A DNA stretch of 64,000 nt from an uncultured Fidelibacterota bacterium. GTDB lineage: Bacteria > Fidelibacterota > Marinisomatia > Marinisomatales > TCS55. Below, one piece after another: positions 47,706-58,010 of this stretch (positions are counted from its first letter, which is position 1; every line of letters begins with the position of its first letter). The notes below the pieces were generated by a model that made no database searches, had not been told where the DNA came from, and was given only the letters and a program-made list of their open reading frames with translations. The stretch covers positions 18,296-82,295 of the forward strand of contig CACBUT010000001.1 of the NCBI GenBank assembly GCA_902542445.1. The letters are read 5' to 3'. The translations under genes and the position numbers were made by a program.

Positions 47706-48761
47706 ATGAAATTGTTAATTACAGGCGGATGCGGTTTTATAGGCAGTAATTTTATCATAGATCAAATAAAGTTTTCTAAAAACGAAATTATAAATTATGA
47801 CAATATTACATATGCAGGAAACAAAGCCAATCTCAAGATAGTTGAAAAAAACAGTCGTTACACTTTTATAAAGGGTGATATTTGTGATAACAATTTAGTA
47901 AAAAAAACATTGCTTAAAACAGAACCTGATGCAATAATACACTTTGCTGCAGAATCACATGTAGACCGCTCTATTAATGAGCCAAACTCGTTTATTAAAA
48001 CCAATATTTACGGAACTGCTATTTTATTAGAAGAATCAATGAAATATCTTAAATTAAAAAATAAGAGCTTTGATTCTTTCAGATTTATTCACGTAAGTAC
48101 CGATGAAGTATTTGGATCTTTAGGCAAAAAAGGATTTTTTAAAGAAACATCCCACTACAATCCTAGTTCACCATATTCAGCTACAAAAGCAAGCTCTGAT
48201 CATTTAGCGAGAGCTTGGTTCAAGACTTATAAATTTCCTACTATTGTAACTAATTGTTCAAATAACTATGGACCCTATCAATTTCCAGAAAAACTGATTC
48301 CATTAACTATTGCAAATTGCTTTGATGAGAAAGAACTTCCTGTTTATGGAAAAGGAGACAATGTTAGAGATTGGTTGTATGTTTATGATCACTGCAAAGC
48401 CTTGGAATTAATTTTGCTTTTTGGAAAAGCTGGAGAGTCATACAATATTGGAAGCAATAATGAAATTAGCAACATAGAGATTATTAATACTATTTGTAAA
48501 ATAATGGATAGCTTAAGACCGCTTAAAAGATCAAAAAAGTACAGAGACTTAATAAAATTTGTTCCAGATAGGCCAGGACATGATTATCGATATGCCATTG
48601 ATTCAACAAAGATAAAGGATGAGCTGGGCTGGAAACCGCAAGAAAATTTTAAGACAGGTATAGTAAAAACAATTAATTGGTATATTAAGAACGAAATTTG
48701 GTGGAGGAAAATTCAAAATAATAAATATAATCAAGAAAGATTGGGCTTGATTAATGATTAA
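47706..48761 (+). CDS. rfbB: dTDP-glucose 4,6-dehydratase
   Basis: LITGGCGFIGSNF, HFAAESHVDRS, STDEVFG, YSATKASSDHL, RPGHDYRYAID. Confidence 0.93.
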   Translation: MKLLITGGCGFIGSNFIIDQIKFSKNEIINYDNITYAGNKANLKIVEKNSRYTFIKGDICDNNLVKKTLLKTEPDAIIHFAAESHVDRSINEPNSFIKTNIYGTAILLEESMKYLKLKNKSFDSFRFIHVSTDEVFGSLGKKGFFKETSHYNPSSPYSATKASSDHLARAWFKTYKFPTIVTNCSNNYGPYQFPEKLIPLTIANCFDEKELPVYGKGDNVRDWLYVYDHCKALELILLFGKAGESYNIGSNNEISNIEIINTICKIMDSLRPLKRSKKYRDLIKFVPDRPGHDYRYAIDSTKIKDELGWKPQENFKTGIVKTINWYIKNEIWWRKIQNNKYNQERLGLIND

Positions 48762-49515
48762 ATTAGTACTCCTTAGACATGGTGAAAGCATTTGGAATCT
48801 TGAGAATAAATTTACAGGATGGATTGATGTAGATTTATCATCCAATGGTTTTATTGAAGCTAAAAATGCTGGAAAATTATTGAAAAAAGAAGGCTATAGT
48901 TTTGACATAGCTTTTACTTCATTTTTAAAAAGATCTCAAAACACATTAAATCTATGTTTTTCAGAAATGAGCCTTGATAATATAGAAATTGTTAAAGATT
49001 GGCGACTTAATGAGAGGCACTATGGTTCTCTTCAAGGTCTTAACAAGAATGATATGGTAGAAAAACATGGAGCTGAGCAGGTCATGATATGGAGAAGAAG
49101 CTATGATATTCCCCCACCACAACTTGATAAAAACGAATCTACTCATCCCATACATGATTTAAAATATTCTCATTTGAGCGATACGATTCTTCCATCTGCT
49201 GAATCATTGAAAGATGTTGTCGAAAGAATTCTGCCCTTTTGGAATGAAATTATTATGAATGAATTAAGAAAGAAAAAAAAAGTACTAATTGTTGCTCATG
49301 GTAATTCATTAAGAGCAATTTACAAAATCTTAAATAATATAAGTAAAGATGACATACTAAAATTCAATATTCCAACAGGAGTTCCTCTAGTATTTGAGTT
49401 TGATAAAAAATTAATTCCAGAAAAGAATTATTATCTTGGAGATAAAGAGCTTATAAGAAATAAAATTAAAGCTGTAATAAATCAAACATCATCATCAAAA
49501 AGCAAGGTTAAATGA
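48754..49515 (+). CDS. gpmA: 2,3-bisphosphoglycerate-dependent phosphoglycerate mutase
   Basis: LVLLRHGESIWNLENKFTGW.DVDLS, LNERHYG.LQGLNK, AHGNSLRA, NIPTGVPLV. Near-colinear with E. coli GpmA as I recall it. Confidence 0.92.
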   Translation: MIKLVLLRHGESIWNLENKFTGWIDVDLSSNGFIEAKNAGKLLKKEGYSFDIAFTSFLKRSQNTLNLCFSEMSLDNIEIVKDWRLNERHYGSLQGLNKNDMVEKHGAEQVMIWRRSYDIPPPQLDKNESTHPIHDLKYSHLSDTILPSAESLKDVVERILPFWNEIIMNELRKKKKVLIVAHGNSLRAIYKILNNISKDDILKFNIPTGVPLVFEFDKKLIPEKNYYLGDKELIRNKIKAVINQTSSSKSKVK

Positions 49516-50393
49516 AAGGTATAATATTAGCTGGTGGAAACGGGACTAGACTATTTCCTTCAACAATTTCTACAAGTAAGCAATTACTTCCAATCTATGA
49601 TAAGCCTTTAATCTATTATCCGCTATCAATTCAATTATTGTCAGGTATAAAAGAGATTTTAATTATTTCTACTCCAGACGATTTAAATAGTTATAAAAAA
49701 TTGCTTGGTAATGGAAAAAATTATGGAATCAGCTTAGAATACATGGTTCAACCTAGCCCTGATGGATTAGCACAAGCTTTTATATTAGGTGAAAAATTCA
49801 TTGGAGAAGATAATGTATGCTTAATTCTTGGAGATAATGTTTTTTACGGCAGTCAATTACCATCTAAATTAAAAATTGCTGTTAATGAAGTTAAAGAACA
49901 TAAAATTGCAAAAATATTTGGCTACTATGTTAATGATCCGCAAAGATATGGTGTTGTAACTTTTGATAGCGATGGAAAAGCAGTTTCTCTAGAAGAGAAG
50001 CCAAAGAAACCAAAAAGCAATTATGCTATTTCAGGTCTTTATTTCTATCCAAATGAAGTTATAGATATTGCTAAGAATCAAAAACCATCTGTTAGGGGTG
50101 AATTAGAAATAACAGATACTAATCTTGCGTTCCTTAAAAATAATAAATTAGTTGTTGAGAAAATGGGCAGAGGCTATGCTTGGCTCGATACAGGAACTCA
50201 TGATTCAATGTTAGAAGCTTCAATGTTTGTTCAAACTATTGAAAAAAGACAGGGGATGAAAATTTCTTGTATAGAAGAAATTGCTTTTAGAATGGGCTAT
50301 ATTTCTAAGGAAAAACTTATTGAAATTGGAAATGAGATGAGCAATAATCAGTATGGAAAATATTTATTAAAAATAGCAAGCGAATCTTTTTAG
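49512..50393 (+). CDS. rfbA: Glucose-1-phosphate thymidylyltransferase
   Basis: KGIILAGGNGTRL.P.T...SKQLLPIYDKP.IYYPLS, LGDN.FYG, GYAWLDTGT. Confidence 0.93.
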   Translation: MKGIILAGGNGTRLFPSTISTSKQLLPIYDKPLIYYPLSIQLLSGIKEILIISTPDDLNSYKKLLGNGKNYGISLEYMVQPSPDGLAQAFILGEKFIGEDNVCLILGDNVFYGSQLPSKLKIAVNEVKEHKIAKIFGYYVNDPQRYGVVTFDSDGKAVSLEEKPKKPKSNYAISGLYFYPNEVIDIAKNQKPSVRGELEITDTNLAFLKNNKLVVEKMGRGYAWLDTGTHDSMLEASMFVQTIEKRQGMKISCIEEIAFRMGYISKEKLIEIGNEMSNNQYGKYLLKIASESF

Positions 50394-50619
50394 TTCAAAA
50401 AAAATTTTACTAATTCTTTTTTAAATGAGTTTGTATTGCAAATTATTTAATTAAAAAATTTTCATTTAACAGACTTTTTCAATAGATAATATTTTTACTA
50501 GCTACAAATCCATACTTTGCTCATAAACTTTTGCTCGTAATAATCTTCATGAGACATTTTTAATTTAAAAATCAGTATAATATTAAAGAATAAATAAACA
50601 GTATGCTTTTTTAATTTTA

Positions 50620-51735
50620 TCAATTATTAAGAATTTCTAAAACTCTATCCTGATCTCTTGAGTCTAGGTATGGATGCATAGGTATGGAAAATATTTTACT
50701 AGAAATTTTTTCTGATATTGGAAAGCTATTTTTTTTATAATTTAAGCTTTTAAAAACTTTTTGTAAGTGCAATGGAATACCGTAAAAGATTGCTGTAGGT
50801 ATTTCATTATTAGATAATTTATTAATTATTCGTTTTCTTTCATTTTCATTCTTAGCCAATACAGAAAATTGAGCCCATGAGGATATATAGTTTTCTGGAA
50901 TAAAAGGCGGCTTAACTAAATTTGAATTGATATTGCTTTTGTAATAATTTGCAATTTTATTGCGAGATATCATTTCTTCTTCAAAAATATTAAATTTTTC
51001 TAACAAGATAGCAGCCTGGATGGTGTCAAGCCTTCCATTTAATCCAATTCTAACATTCTGGTACTTATTAACACCAGCACCATGAATCCTAATGGATTTT
51101 ATTTTTTGTGCTAAGTCACTGTCATCAGTAAAAATAGCTCCACCATCACCATAACAACCTAAAGGTTTTGAAGGATAGAAAGAAGTCGCTGACACATTTC
51201 CAAAAGATCCTGCTTTTTTACCTCTTATGCTGCTTCCAAAAGCTTGTGCAAAATCTTCAATGACAATTAAGTTATTTTTTTTAGCAATCTCATCTATCAA
51301 CCTGTATCTGGCGGGTAGACCGAATAAATCTACTGATATTATAGCTTTGGGTACTAAATTCTGATTTTTAGCAAGTTTTATAGCTTTTTTTATACCATCC
51401 GGGTCAATATTAAAAGTCTTTTCATATATATCAACAAAAATGGGAGTTGCTCCTAAAAGAGCAATTACCTCAGCAGTTGCTATATAAGTAAATGGCGTAG
51501 TTATGACAGCATCTCCAGGGCCAATACCATAGGCCATCAGAGGAATAAGCAATGCATCCGTACCTGATGAGCAACTTATACAATGTTTCTTATTGACATA
51601 ATCTGCTAATAGATCTTCGAGCTCAAAAACTTCTTTGCCATTAATGAATTGCCCGTGATCTAAAACTGATTCTATTCTAGCGTTTATTTTTTCTCTAATT
51701 AGTTTTTGTTGTTTAGATAGGTCAATAAATTGCAT
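50620..51735 (-). CDS. DegT/DnrJ/EryC1/StrS-family sugar aminotransferase
   Basis: SCSSGTDALL, GDAVITTPFTYIATAE, SFYPSKPLGCYGDGG. Confidence 0.87.
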   Translation of the reverse strand: MQFIDLSKQQKLIREKINARIESVLDHGQFINGKEVFELEDLLADYVNKKHCISCSSGTDALLIPLMAYGIGPGDAVITTPFTYIATAEVIALLGATPIFVDIYEKTFNIDPDGIKKAIKLAKNQNLVPKAIISVDLFGLPARYRLIDEIAKKNNLIVIEDFAQAFGSSIRGKKAGSFGNVSATSFYPSKPLGCYGDGGAIFTDDSDLAQKIKSIRIHGAGVNKYQNVRIGLNGRLDTIQAAILLEKFNIFEEEMISRNKIANYYKSNINSNLVKPPFIPENYISSWAQFSVLAKNENERKRIINKLSNNEIPTAIFYGIPLHLQKVFKSLNYKKNSFPISEKISSKIFSIPMHPYLDSRDQDRVLEILNN

Positions 51736-51792
51736 GTTAAATTTAAATATAATCCTATTTTGTAGTTGTTTTAGACTGAATTAATTTACAAC

Positions 51793-52572
51793 ATGTCTAT
51801 TAATACCAAAGAAATCCTTTTTTCAAGGCACGTCCAAAATTCTAATGATCTTACAATGGATGATTTAAATAGATATTTACCAGCATTGCGAAAAATCGAA
51901 GATTTTGAATTTGAAAATCACAAAACAAATGAAGGTGTTTTTTATGGGCTTAGTTCAAATGGTTTAAAAAAAATCCCTGAAAACACGATTGACCTTATCA
52001 TTACCGAACCGCCAAATTTTCCCATTTTAGAGAAAAACAGAACACGAAATAATTTAACTATTAGTGAATATTTGGATTGGAATCAAAATTGGATAAATGA
52101 GAGCCATAGAATTTTAAAAGATATTGGTTCCATTTATATTATTTGCGATTGGAAATTCTCAAGCATGTATCACTCAATTTTAAATCAAAAGTTCAATATC
52201 CAAACGAGAATTTCTTGGAAAAGTAAAGCAAAAGAAAAATTAAACAATTCACCATGGATTGATAAATTATACGATATCTGGTTTGCATCAAAATCGAGTA
52301 ATTATCTTTTTAATAATACTGACGGCGACATAAGATCAAATTTCTGGGACGATATTATTCGATTTCGATCTAAACAAAAAGAGAAATATCCTAAAGAATT
52401 GATAAAGAGAATAGTTGAAGTTTCTAGTTATAAATTGAATTGGGTACTGGATCCTTTCTCTAGAGTAGGAGATATTGGAATTAATGCTATTGAAATGGGA
52501 AGGAGATTCATAGGTTTTGATGCAAATAAAGACAAAATTCTTTTATCTATGAAGAAAATTGACAGGAAATAA
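51793..52572 (+). CDS. Beta-class N4/N6 DNA-methyltransferase homolog with atypical catalytic and SAM motifs; orphan (no nuclease partner)
   Basis: IDLIITEPPNF occupies the position of (D/S)PPY. C-terminal VLDPFSRVGDIGINAIEMGRRFIGFD occupies the position of DPFxGSGTT...GR.fiG. Confidence 0.62.
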   Translation: MSINTKEILFSRHVQNSNDLTMDDLNRYLPALRKIEDFEFENHKTNEGVFYGLSSNGLKKIPENTIDLIITEPPNFPILEKNRTRNNLTISEYLDWNQNWINESHRILKDIGSIYIICDWKFSSMYHSILNQKFNIQTRISWKSKAKEKLNNSPWIDKLYDIWFASKSSNYLFNNTDGDIRSNFWDDIIRFRSKQKEKYPKELIKRIVEVSSYKLNWVLDPFSRVGDIGINAIEMGRRFIGFDANKDKILLSMKKIDRK

Positions 52573-52574
52573 AA

Positions 52575-53021
52575 ATGAGCATATTTAAAATCATAAAATC
52601 AGATATGTATGATGCTATGAAAGCTGGAGAAAAAGTTAAATCAAATGCTTTAAGGATTGCTCTTTCAAAAATAAAAGACAAACAGATTGAAAAAAGAGAC
52701 CCATTAAATGATGATGAAATAATTAAAGTATTAAGAGGTCTTGTTAAGCAAAGGGATGAATCCATAAAACTATATAATGATGCTGGCCGTGGCGATCTAG
52801 CTGATAACGAAAAATTAGAAAAAAAATATTTGGAAACCTATTTACCAAAAATGTTAAATAATGAAGAGGTAAAAATTATAGTTGAAACTGTAATTAATGA
52901 TTTTGATGCTGACTCTATTAATGATATTGGTAAAATTATGCCCGAAGTAATAAAAAGAGGCAAAGGTCTAGTTGACGGTAACTTTGCTCGTCAAATTGTA
53001 GTTAGCTTATTAAGTAAATAA
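52575..53021 (+). CDS. GatB/YqeY-domain protein
   Basis: IKSDMYDAMKAGEKVKSNALR, VKQR.ES...Y...GR.DLA..E..E...L..YLP. Confidence 0.85.
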   Translation: MSIFKIIKSDMYDAMKAGEKVKSNALRIALSKIKDKQIEKRDPLNDDEIIKVLRGLVKQRDESIKLYNDAGRGDLADNEKLEKKYLETYLPKMLNNEEVKIIVETVINDFDADSINDIGKIMPEVIKRGKGLVDGNFARQIVVSLLSK

Positions 53022-53558
53022 ATGATTCTTTTCATAGATGGATTAGTTGTTTTCTATGCTTCTATGAATGGTTATCTAGGTCTAAAAAGAGGATTCTTAG
53101 AAGAGATCAGTAGAATTCTGGGTTTAGCTTTTTCTATTATAATTTCATTAAATAATTACCTAAATCTATCTGAAACAATTTCAAAATGGACTTCTCTAAA
53201 TCAAAAAGGTGTCCTAATTATTAGTTATTTAATTATTTTTATTATTTCAATTCAATTTTTCAGGTTAATCTCCAAAATATTACAATTTTTATTTATTTCA
53301 AAATCTACAAAAATGATGAATAAACTTCTTGGGGCATTATTTGGTTTTTTTAAAGGGATGATATTTATTTCTATTTTCATATGGTTTTTCGAATTAATAC
53401 CTAATCATAAAATTTCAAAAATTATATTATCTGAATCTAAAATAACTTCACAATTAGTCAATGCTAGAACTACTATATCTGAAATTTTCTACTTTGATAA
53501 ACCGATTAAAGAAAATGAAAAAAGGATTGAAAAACTAATCAAGGATCTCGAGTCATAA
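53022..53558 (+). CDS. CvpA-family membrane protein
   Basis: N-terminal D..V.......GY.G.KRGF..E pattern and four hydrophobic helices. Confidence 0.65.
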   Translation: MILFIDGLVVFYASMNGYLGLKRGFLEEISRILGLAFSIIISLNNYLNLSETISKWTSLNQKGVLIISYLIIFIISIQFFRLISKILQFLFISKSTKMMNKLLGALFGFFKGMIFISIFIWFFELIPNHKISKIILSESKITSQLVNARTTISEIFYFDKPIKENEKRIEKLIKDLES

Positions 53559-53559
53559 A

Positions 53560-55314
53560 TTGGGCAAAATACCTCAAAACATCATAGACCAAATAAATGA
53601 AACAGCAGATATTATCGATATTGTTTCGCAAAGAGTGGATCTTCAAAAAAGAGGTAAAGACTATTTTGGATTATGCCCTTTTCATTCAGAAAAAACACCA
53701 TCCTTTAGCGTGGCTCCTGATAAAGGGATATTCCACTGCTTTGGCTGTGGCAAAGGAGGCAATTCAATAAACTTCTTAATGGAGTATGAAAAAATTGATT
53801 TTATGGATGCTGTTATTGATCTTGCAAATCAATTAGGTATAAACATAAATATACACAAAAATGAGGTTTCTGAGGATTTTTTTAGTTCACTTTATGATAT
53901 ACATCAAAAAGCAGCATCTTTTTATATTCAGAATTTAAACAGTGATGGAGGCATGCAAGCAAAGCGGTATCTTCTTAATCGAGGCATCAATGAAGCGTTT
54001 TTAAAGAAGTTTAAAATTGGATTTGCTTTGCCCGGTCAACATAAGAGATTGTTTAACTACATAAAAAATTTTGATTATGGCAATGAAATAATAAAAAAAT
54101 GCGGATTGTTTGGATTTTCGGAACAAAATACATATGATCGATTTAGATCGCGAATTATTTTTCCAATTTCCAATTCATCAGGAAAAATAATTGCATTTGG
54201 TGGAAGAGCATTTGGAGACAACGATCATGCTAAATATCTTAATTCCCCAGAAACACCTATTTACAAAAAAAGTGAGATCTTCTATGGCTTAAATCTAACT
54301 AGAGAAAGCATCATTAGAGAAAAATTTGCAATCATTGTTGAAGGTTATACCGATTTAATACAACTTTGTCAATCAGAGATTTTCAATGTAATAGCGGTTT
54401 CAGGAACCGCCTTTAATATTAAACATGTTAATAATTTGAGAAGATTTACATCTAAAGTCTATCTCGCTTATGATGGAGATACGGCTGGTCAAAATGCAGC
54501 ACTAAAAGCAGGATATTTGTTGATTAAGGAGGGCATTGAGGCCAAGATTGTGATAATTCCAAATAAATTGGATCCAGATGAGTGGGTTAAAAAAGAGGGG
54601 AAGAAGATTTTTCTATCTAAAGGTATTGATAAGGCGTTGGATGTAGTACCTTTTCATATAAAGATTTCAAAATTTAATCAAAAATCTTCTTTTGAAAAAT
54701 CAAAAATAATTAAGGAAATTTTGTCAAAAATTAAACTAATTCAAGATCCAATTATTAAGCAAGAATGTATTCATTCGCTTTCTTCCTTAACAGAAATTGA
54801 TGAGAAAAATCTTAATTTAATAAAATTGAAAAATGTAAGTATAAACCATGAAAATAAAAAAAATTCTCATGATACGACATTCCATGAGATTAAAACATTG
54901 TCCGACAAGGCTGAATTTGGCTTAATAAAGGTGCTTTTAAATCAAAATAAGGATGCTAAAGAATTAATTTCAGAAAACTTGGAAAATATAGCTTTAAAGG
55001 GCAGCAATTTTAACATAATTATATCAAAGCTTCTAGATATTCAACCTTTATCTCCTTCCAATGTGATTGATAGATTTGATAATGAAGTTGACAAACAAAC
55101 AATTTTAAATGCTTTAAGAGATAATAGTGAGATATCTGATGATATAAAAATTGCTAAAGATTATATACACACAATAAAGAAGATTAAAATAAAAAATAAA
55201 ATCAATGATCTCAGGTTAATTTTGAAAAAAAATAAAACGCAAGAGGATGAGGTCAATGAGATTCTTACAGAAATGAATCATTTAAGAGATAAACTAAATG
55301 AAGATTATAGTTAA
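53560..55314 (+). CDS. dnaG: DNA primase
   Basis: TTG start. Zinc finger CPFH.EKTPSF.V.P.K..FHCFGCG.GG. RNAP/TOPRIM motifs (IFPI....G..I.FGGR, EGY.D, DGD.AG). Confidence 0.92.
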   Translation: MGKIPQNIIDQINETADIIDIVSQRVDLQKRGKDYFGLCPFHSEKTPSFSVAPDKGIFHCFGCGKGGNSINFLMEYEKIDFMDAVIDLANQLGININIHKNEVSEDFFSSLYDIHQKAASFYIQNLNSDGGMQAKRYLLNRGINEAFLKKFKIGFALPGQHKRLFNYIKNFDYGNEIIKKCGLFGFSEQNTYDRFRSRIIFPISNSSGKIIAFGGRAFGDNDHAKYLNSPETPIYKKSEIFYGLNLTRESIIREKFAIIVEGYTDLIQLCQSEIFNVIAVSGTAFNIKHVNNLRRFTSKVYLAYDGDTAGQNAALKAGYLLIKEGIEAKIVIIPNKLDPDEWVKKEGKKIFLSKGIDKALDVVPFHIKISKFNQKSSFEKSKIIKEILSKIKLIQDPIIKQECIHSLSSLTEIDEKNLNLIKLKNVSINHENKKNSHDTTFHEIKTLSDKAEFGLIKVLLNQNKDAKELISENLENIALKGSNFNIIISKLLDIQPLSPSNVIDRFDNEVDKQTILNALRDNSEISDDIKIAKDYIHTIKKIKIKNKINDLRLILKKNKTQEDEVNEILTEMNHLRDKLNEDYS

Positions 55315-55747
55315 CATTTTGTTTACTATTGTTTTTCTGTTTGCACAGCAAATTGATTGGGAGGGCAAGCCCTCTCCTATTACAGCAATTGAAATATATT
55401 GCGACACTGAAGGCATACCCATATATGTAGATGGGATAAAAATTGGAATATCTCCAATTACGCAAGCCATTCAAGTCGCCCCTGGTTGGCATCAAGTTAG
55501 TTATTTCCCTCCGGAATTAAAGGTATCTGAAAGCGCTACTGGTGAAAATCGATTAATAAATGATCTTATAAGGCTTGCTAAGCAAGATATTTTGGTTGAA
55601 GAAGGAAAAACGGTTAGAGCGGTTTTGTCTTATAGTACGATTGAATCAGAGGTCATTGAGTATGAAAGAAGAATAAATAGCAACAAACCCTTAAGGGCTA
55701 CAATGATTCTATTGATTTTATTTACAATTGGATGGGGAATAGCATAA
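55298..55747 (+). CDS. PEGA-domain protein with signal peptide and C-terminal TM anchor
   Basis: IYCDTEGIPIYVDGIKIGISPI....VAPGWHQV matches the PEGA pattern. Hydrophobic at both the N- and C-terminus. Confidence 0.55.
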   Translation: MKIIVNILFTIVFLFAQQIDWEGKPSPITAIEIYCDTEGIPIYVDGIKIGISPITQAIQVAPGWHQVSYFPPELKVSESATGENRLINDLIRLAKQDILVEEGKTVRAVLSYSTIESEVIEYERRINSNKPLRATMILLILFTIGWGIA

Positions 55748-55750
55748 CAA

Positions 55751-56632
55751 ATGAAAACTACAATATGCTTTTTTGCTTTATTTAGTGCTTTATTTGCCCA
55801 AAACGACTCATTAGTTAAGTATTATTCAACTGAAATAATACGCTCGAACATAATCAAAGGCAGGCCTGAAATAGAAATAGATGGCAATGAAGCTCACTTT
55901 AAAGCTGTATATCATCCTTCTGGAAGGCTAAAAAGTATCGAATTTATTCCTGCTAATTTGACAAAAGATCGAAAGAATAAAACTACCAAAGATAAACTGC
56001 TAAAATTGTACTACTTAAGGTGGGATCCCAAAAAACAAGAACTAAGTGAAGGTATATCAAAAAACAACTCAAAAGGGATTGCTCATTACCAAGCCTTATT
56101 AACAAATGAAGGAATTATAAGCATTGTTGACTATTTTGATAAAAATAATATCAAACAGTGGTCTTTTCATCTGAATTGGGATGACTATGATAGATCAAAC
56201 AAATATGATATAGAGTTTTATTCAAATAGAAATTTATATGAACTTAACAAAGAACTATTTGCTCCTGATTTAAGCACTATTAGAACTGGATGGAAAGCAA
56301 GATATGAGATTAATAGTGATGGAAAGCCTGAAAGGGTTAAAGTGATGGATGCATTAGGTAACTTATTTTATTACTATGAATTTACTTACACAAAAAAATG
56401 GTTAAAATCGAAATACTATAAACAAGACTCCACTTTTGTTGGTAGTCATACAACGCGTTTTGCAAAAGGCAAAAGAATAGCCAAAATCACCTACTACAAT
56501 GAAAATGATGAAATGAAAAAAGCAATTAGTTATGAATACCCTAACGAGAATACAATGATAGTTTCTTCGATTAATAGCAAAGGTGAAATTATTGAAAAAA
56601 GACTGATTCCTTTAAATTTGGATAAAAAATGA
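55751..56632 (+). CDS. Secreted hypothetical protein
   Basis: Signal peptide MKTTICFFALFSALFAQ. No recognised catalytic motif. Repetitive Y/K-rich beta-like segments. Confidence 0.45.
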   Translation: MKTTICFFALFSALFAQNDSLVKYYSTEIIRSNIIKGRPEIEIDGNEAHFKAVYHPSGRLKSIEFIPANLTKDRKNKTTKDKLLKLYYLRWDPKKQELSEGISKNNSKGIAHYQALLTNEGIISIVDYFDKNNIKQWSFHLNWDDYDRSNKYDIEFYSNRNLYELNKELFAPDLSTIRTGWKARYEINSDGKPERVKVMDALGNLFYYYEFTYTKKWLKSKYYKQDSTFVGSHTTRFAKGKRIAKITYYNENDEMKKAISYEYPNENTMIVSSINSKGEIIEKRLIPLNLDKK

Positions 56633-57594
56633 AAATATTAGTAACAGGAGGAGCGGGATATATCGGGTCTCATATTGTTTTAGAACTATGCGATGAGGGA
56701 TATGATGTTCTTGTGCTTGATGATCTTTCGCTTGGCAATGAGTCATCCGTAGACACTAGGGCGGAGTTTATCAAGGGATCTACACTTGATGAACAAATAT
56801 TAAAGAAAGTAATGCCAGAAGTTGATGCCATAATACATCTTGCGGCATTTAAATCAGCTGGAGAATCAATGATAAATCCAAGTTTGTATACACAAAATAA
56901 TATAGAAAGTACACTTAGATTGATTGATGTAATGTCGTCATGTAATAAAAAAGATATTATTTTTTCATCAACAGCTGCTGTGTACGGCAATCCACAATAT
57001 CTCCCTGTTGATGAGAGCCATCAGACAAATCCAATTAATTATTACGGATTTACGAAATTAATGATTGAGAACACCTTAAGTTGGTATAAAAATCTCAAAG
57101 GCCTTAACTTTATTGCACTGAGATATTTTAATGCAGCTGGATACGACAAAGAAAGGCGAATACTAAATCTAGAAAATAAGCCTCAAAATTTAATACCAAT
57201 TATTATGGAATGCGCTGCTGGAATTAGACGGAATATGCAAATTTTTGGTGATGATTATAATACACCAGATGGAACATGTCTTAGAGATTACATTCATGTT
57301 ACGGACTTAGCGAAAGCTCATATTAAGGCACTTAGAAGAGTAAAAGACAATAATGTTCTCTTTACTAATCTAGGCACAGGCTATACACACTCCGTTTATG
57401 ATGTAATTAGTACAGTTGAAAAGATAACTACAAAAAAAATAAATTATACTGTCATAGGCAGACGAGAAGGTGATCCTGCAAATCTTTATTCTTCTTCAAG
57501 TTTTGCAAAAGAAAGTCTTGGATGGATTGCTGAAAATTCAGATTTAGAAAATATAATTAAAACAACTTGGAGTATTTATAAAACACGAATATAA
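56629..57594 (+). CDS. galE: UDP-glucose 4-epimerase
   Basis: ILVTGGAGYIGSH, SSTAAVYG, YGFTK (YxxxK), LRYFNAAG, RDYIHV.DLA.AH, GDPA. Confidence 0.9.
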   Translation: MKILVTGGAGYIGSHIVLELCDEGYDVLVLDDLSLGNESSVDTRAEFIKGSTLDEQILKKVMPEVDAIIHLAAFKSAGESMINPSLYTQNNIESTLRLIDVMSSCNKKDIIFSSTAAVYGNPQYLPVDESHQTNPINYYGFTKLMIENTLSWYKNLKGLNFIALRYFNAAGYDKERRILNLENKPQNLIPIIMECAAGIRRNMQIFGDDYNTPDGTCLRDYIHVTDLAKAHIKALRRVKDNNVLFTNLGTGYTHSVYDVISTVEKITTKKINYTVIGRREGDPANLYSSSSFAKESLGWIAENSDLENIIKTTWSIYKTRI

Positions 57595-57641
57595 ATTTCT
57601 AAGAAATTTCATATCTATATATTAATATATTAATCCTTTTA

Positions 57642-57714
<73 letters not shown>

Positions 57715-57769
57715 CACCCACAATCCACCTTCTTTTTACTGTTTGAATTATAACTTTTTAGACGAAAAT

Positions 57770-57797
57770 GGCATCTTAATTGATGCCTTTTTTGTTT
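57770..57797 (+). terminator. Rho-independent terminator after galE/tRNA
   Basis: GGCATC-ttaatt-GATGCC followed by TTTTTTGTTTT. Confidence 0.6.
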
Positions 57798-57958
57798 TAG
57801 AAATGATCTGAATAAAATTGACAACTTTTGTTATAAAAATGTTATAAAAAAATCATTTAGTAATATTTTGTGTTTTTACTGAAATCCTATTGTTTTAAGT
57901 GAAATTTTTTTATGATTTATTATTTTTATTTATAGTTTTCCTCCCCTCCTACTATGCT

Positions 57959-57985
57959 TAAATGATTTGCTAATTCATCCGATTT
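57959..57985 (+). promoter_or_regulatory. Candidate sigma28 (FliA)-type promoter for flagellin
   Basis: TAAA-N15-TCCGATTT compared with consensus TAAA-N15-GCCGATAA. It ends 26 nt before the ATG. AAGGAAA Shine-Dalgarno at 58004-58010. Confidence 0.45.
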
Positions 57986-58010
57986 TGATAGTAAAACCAT
58001 AACAAGGAAA

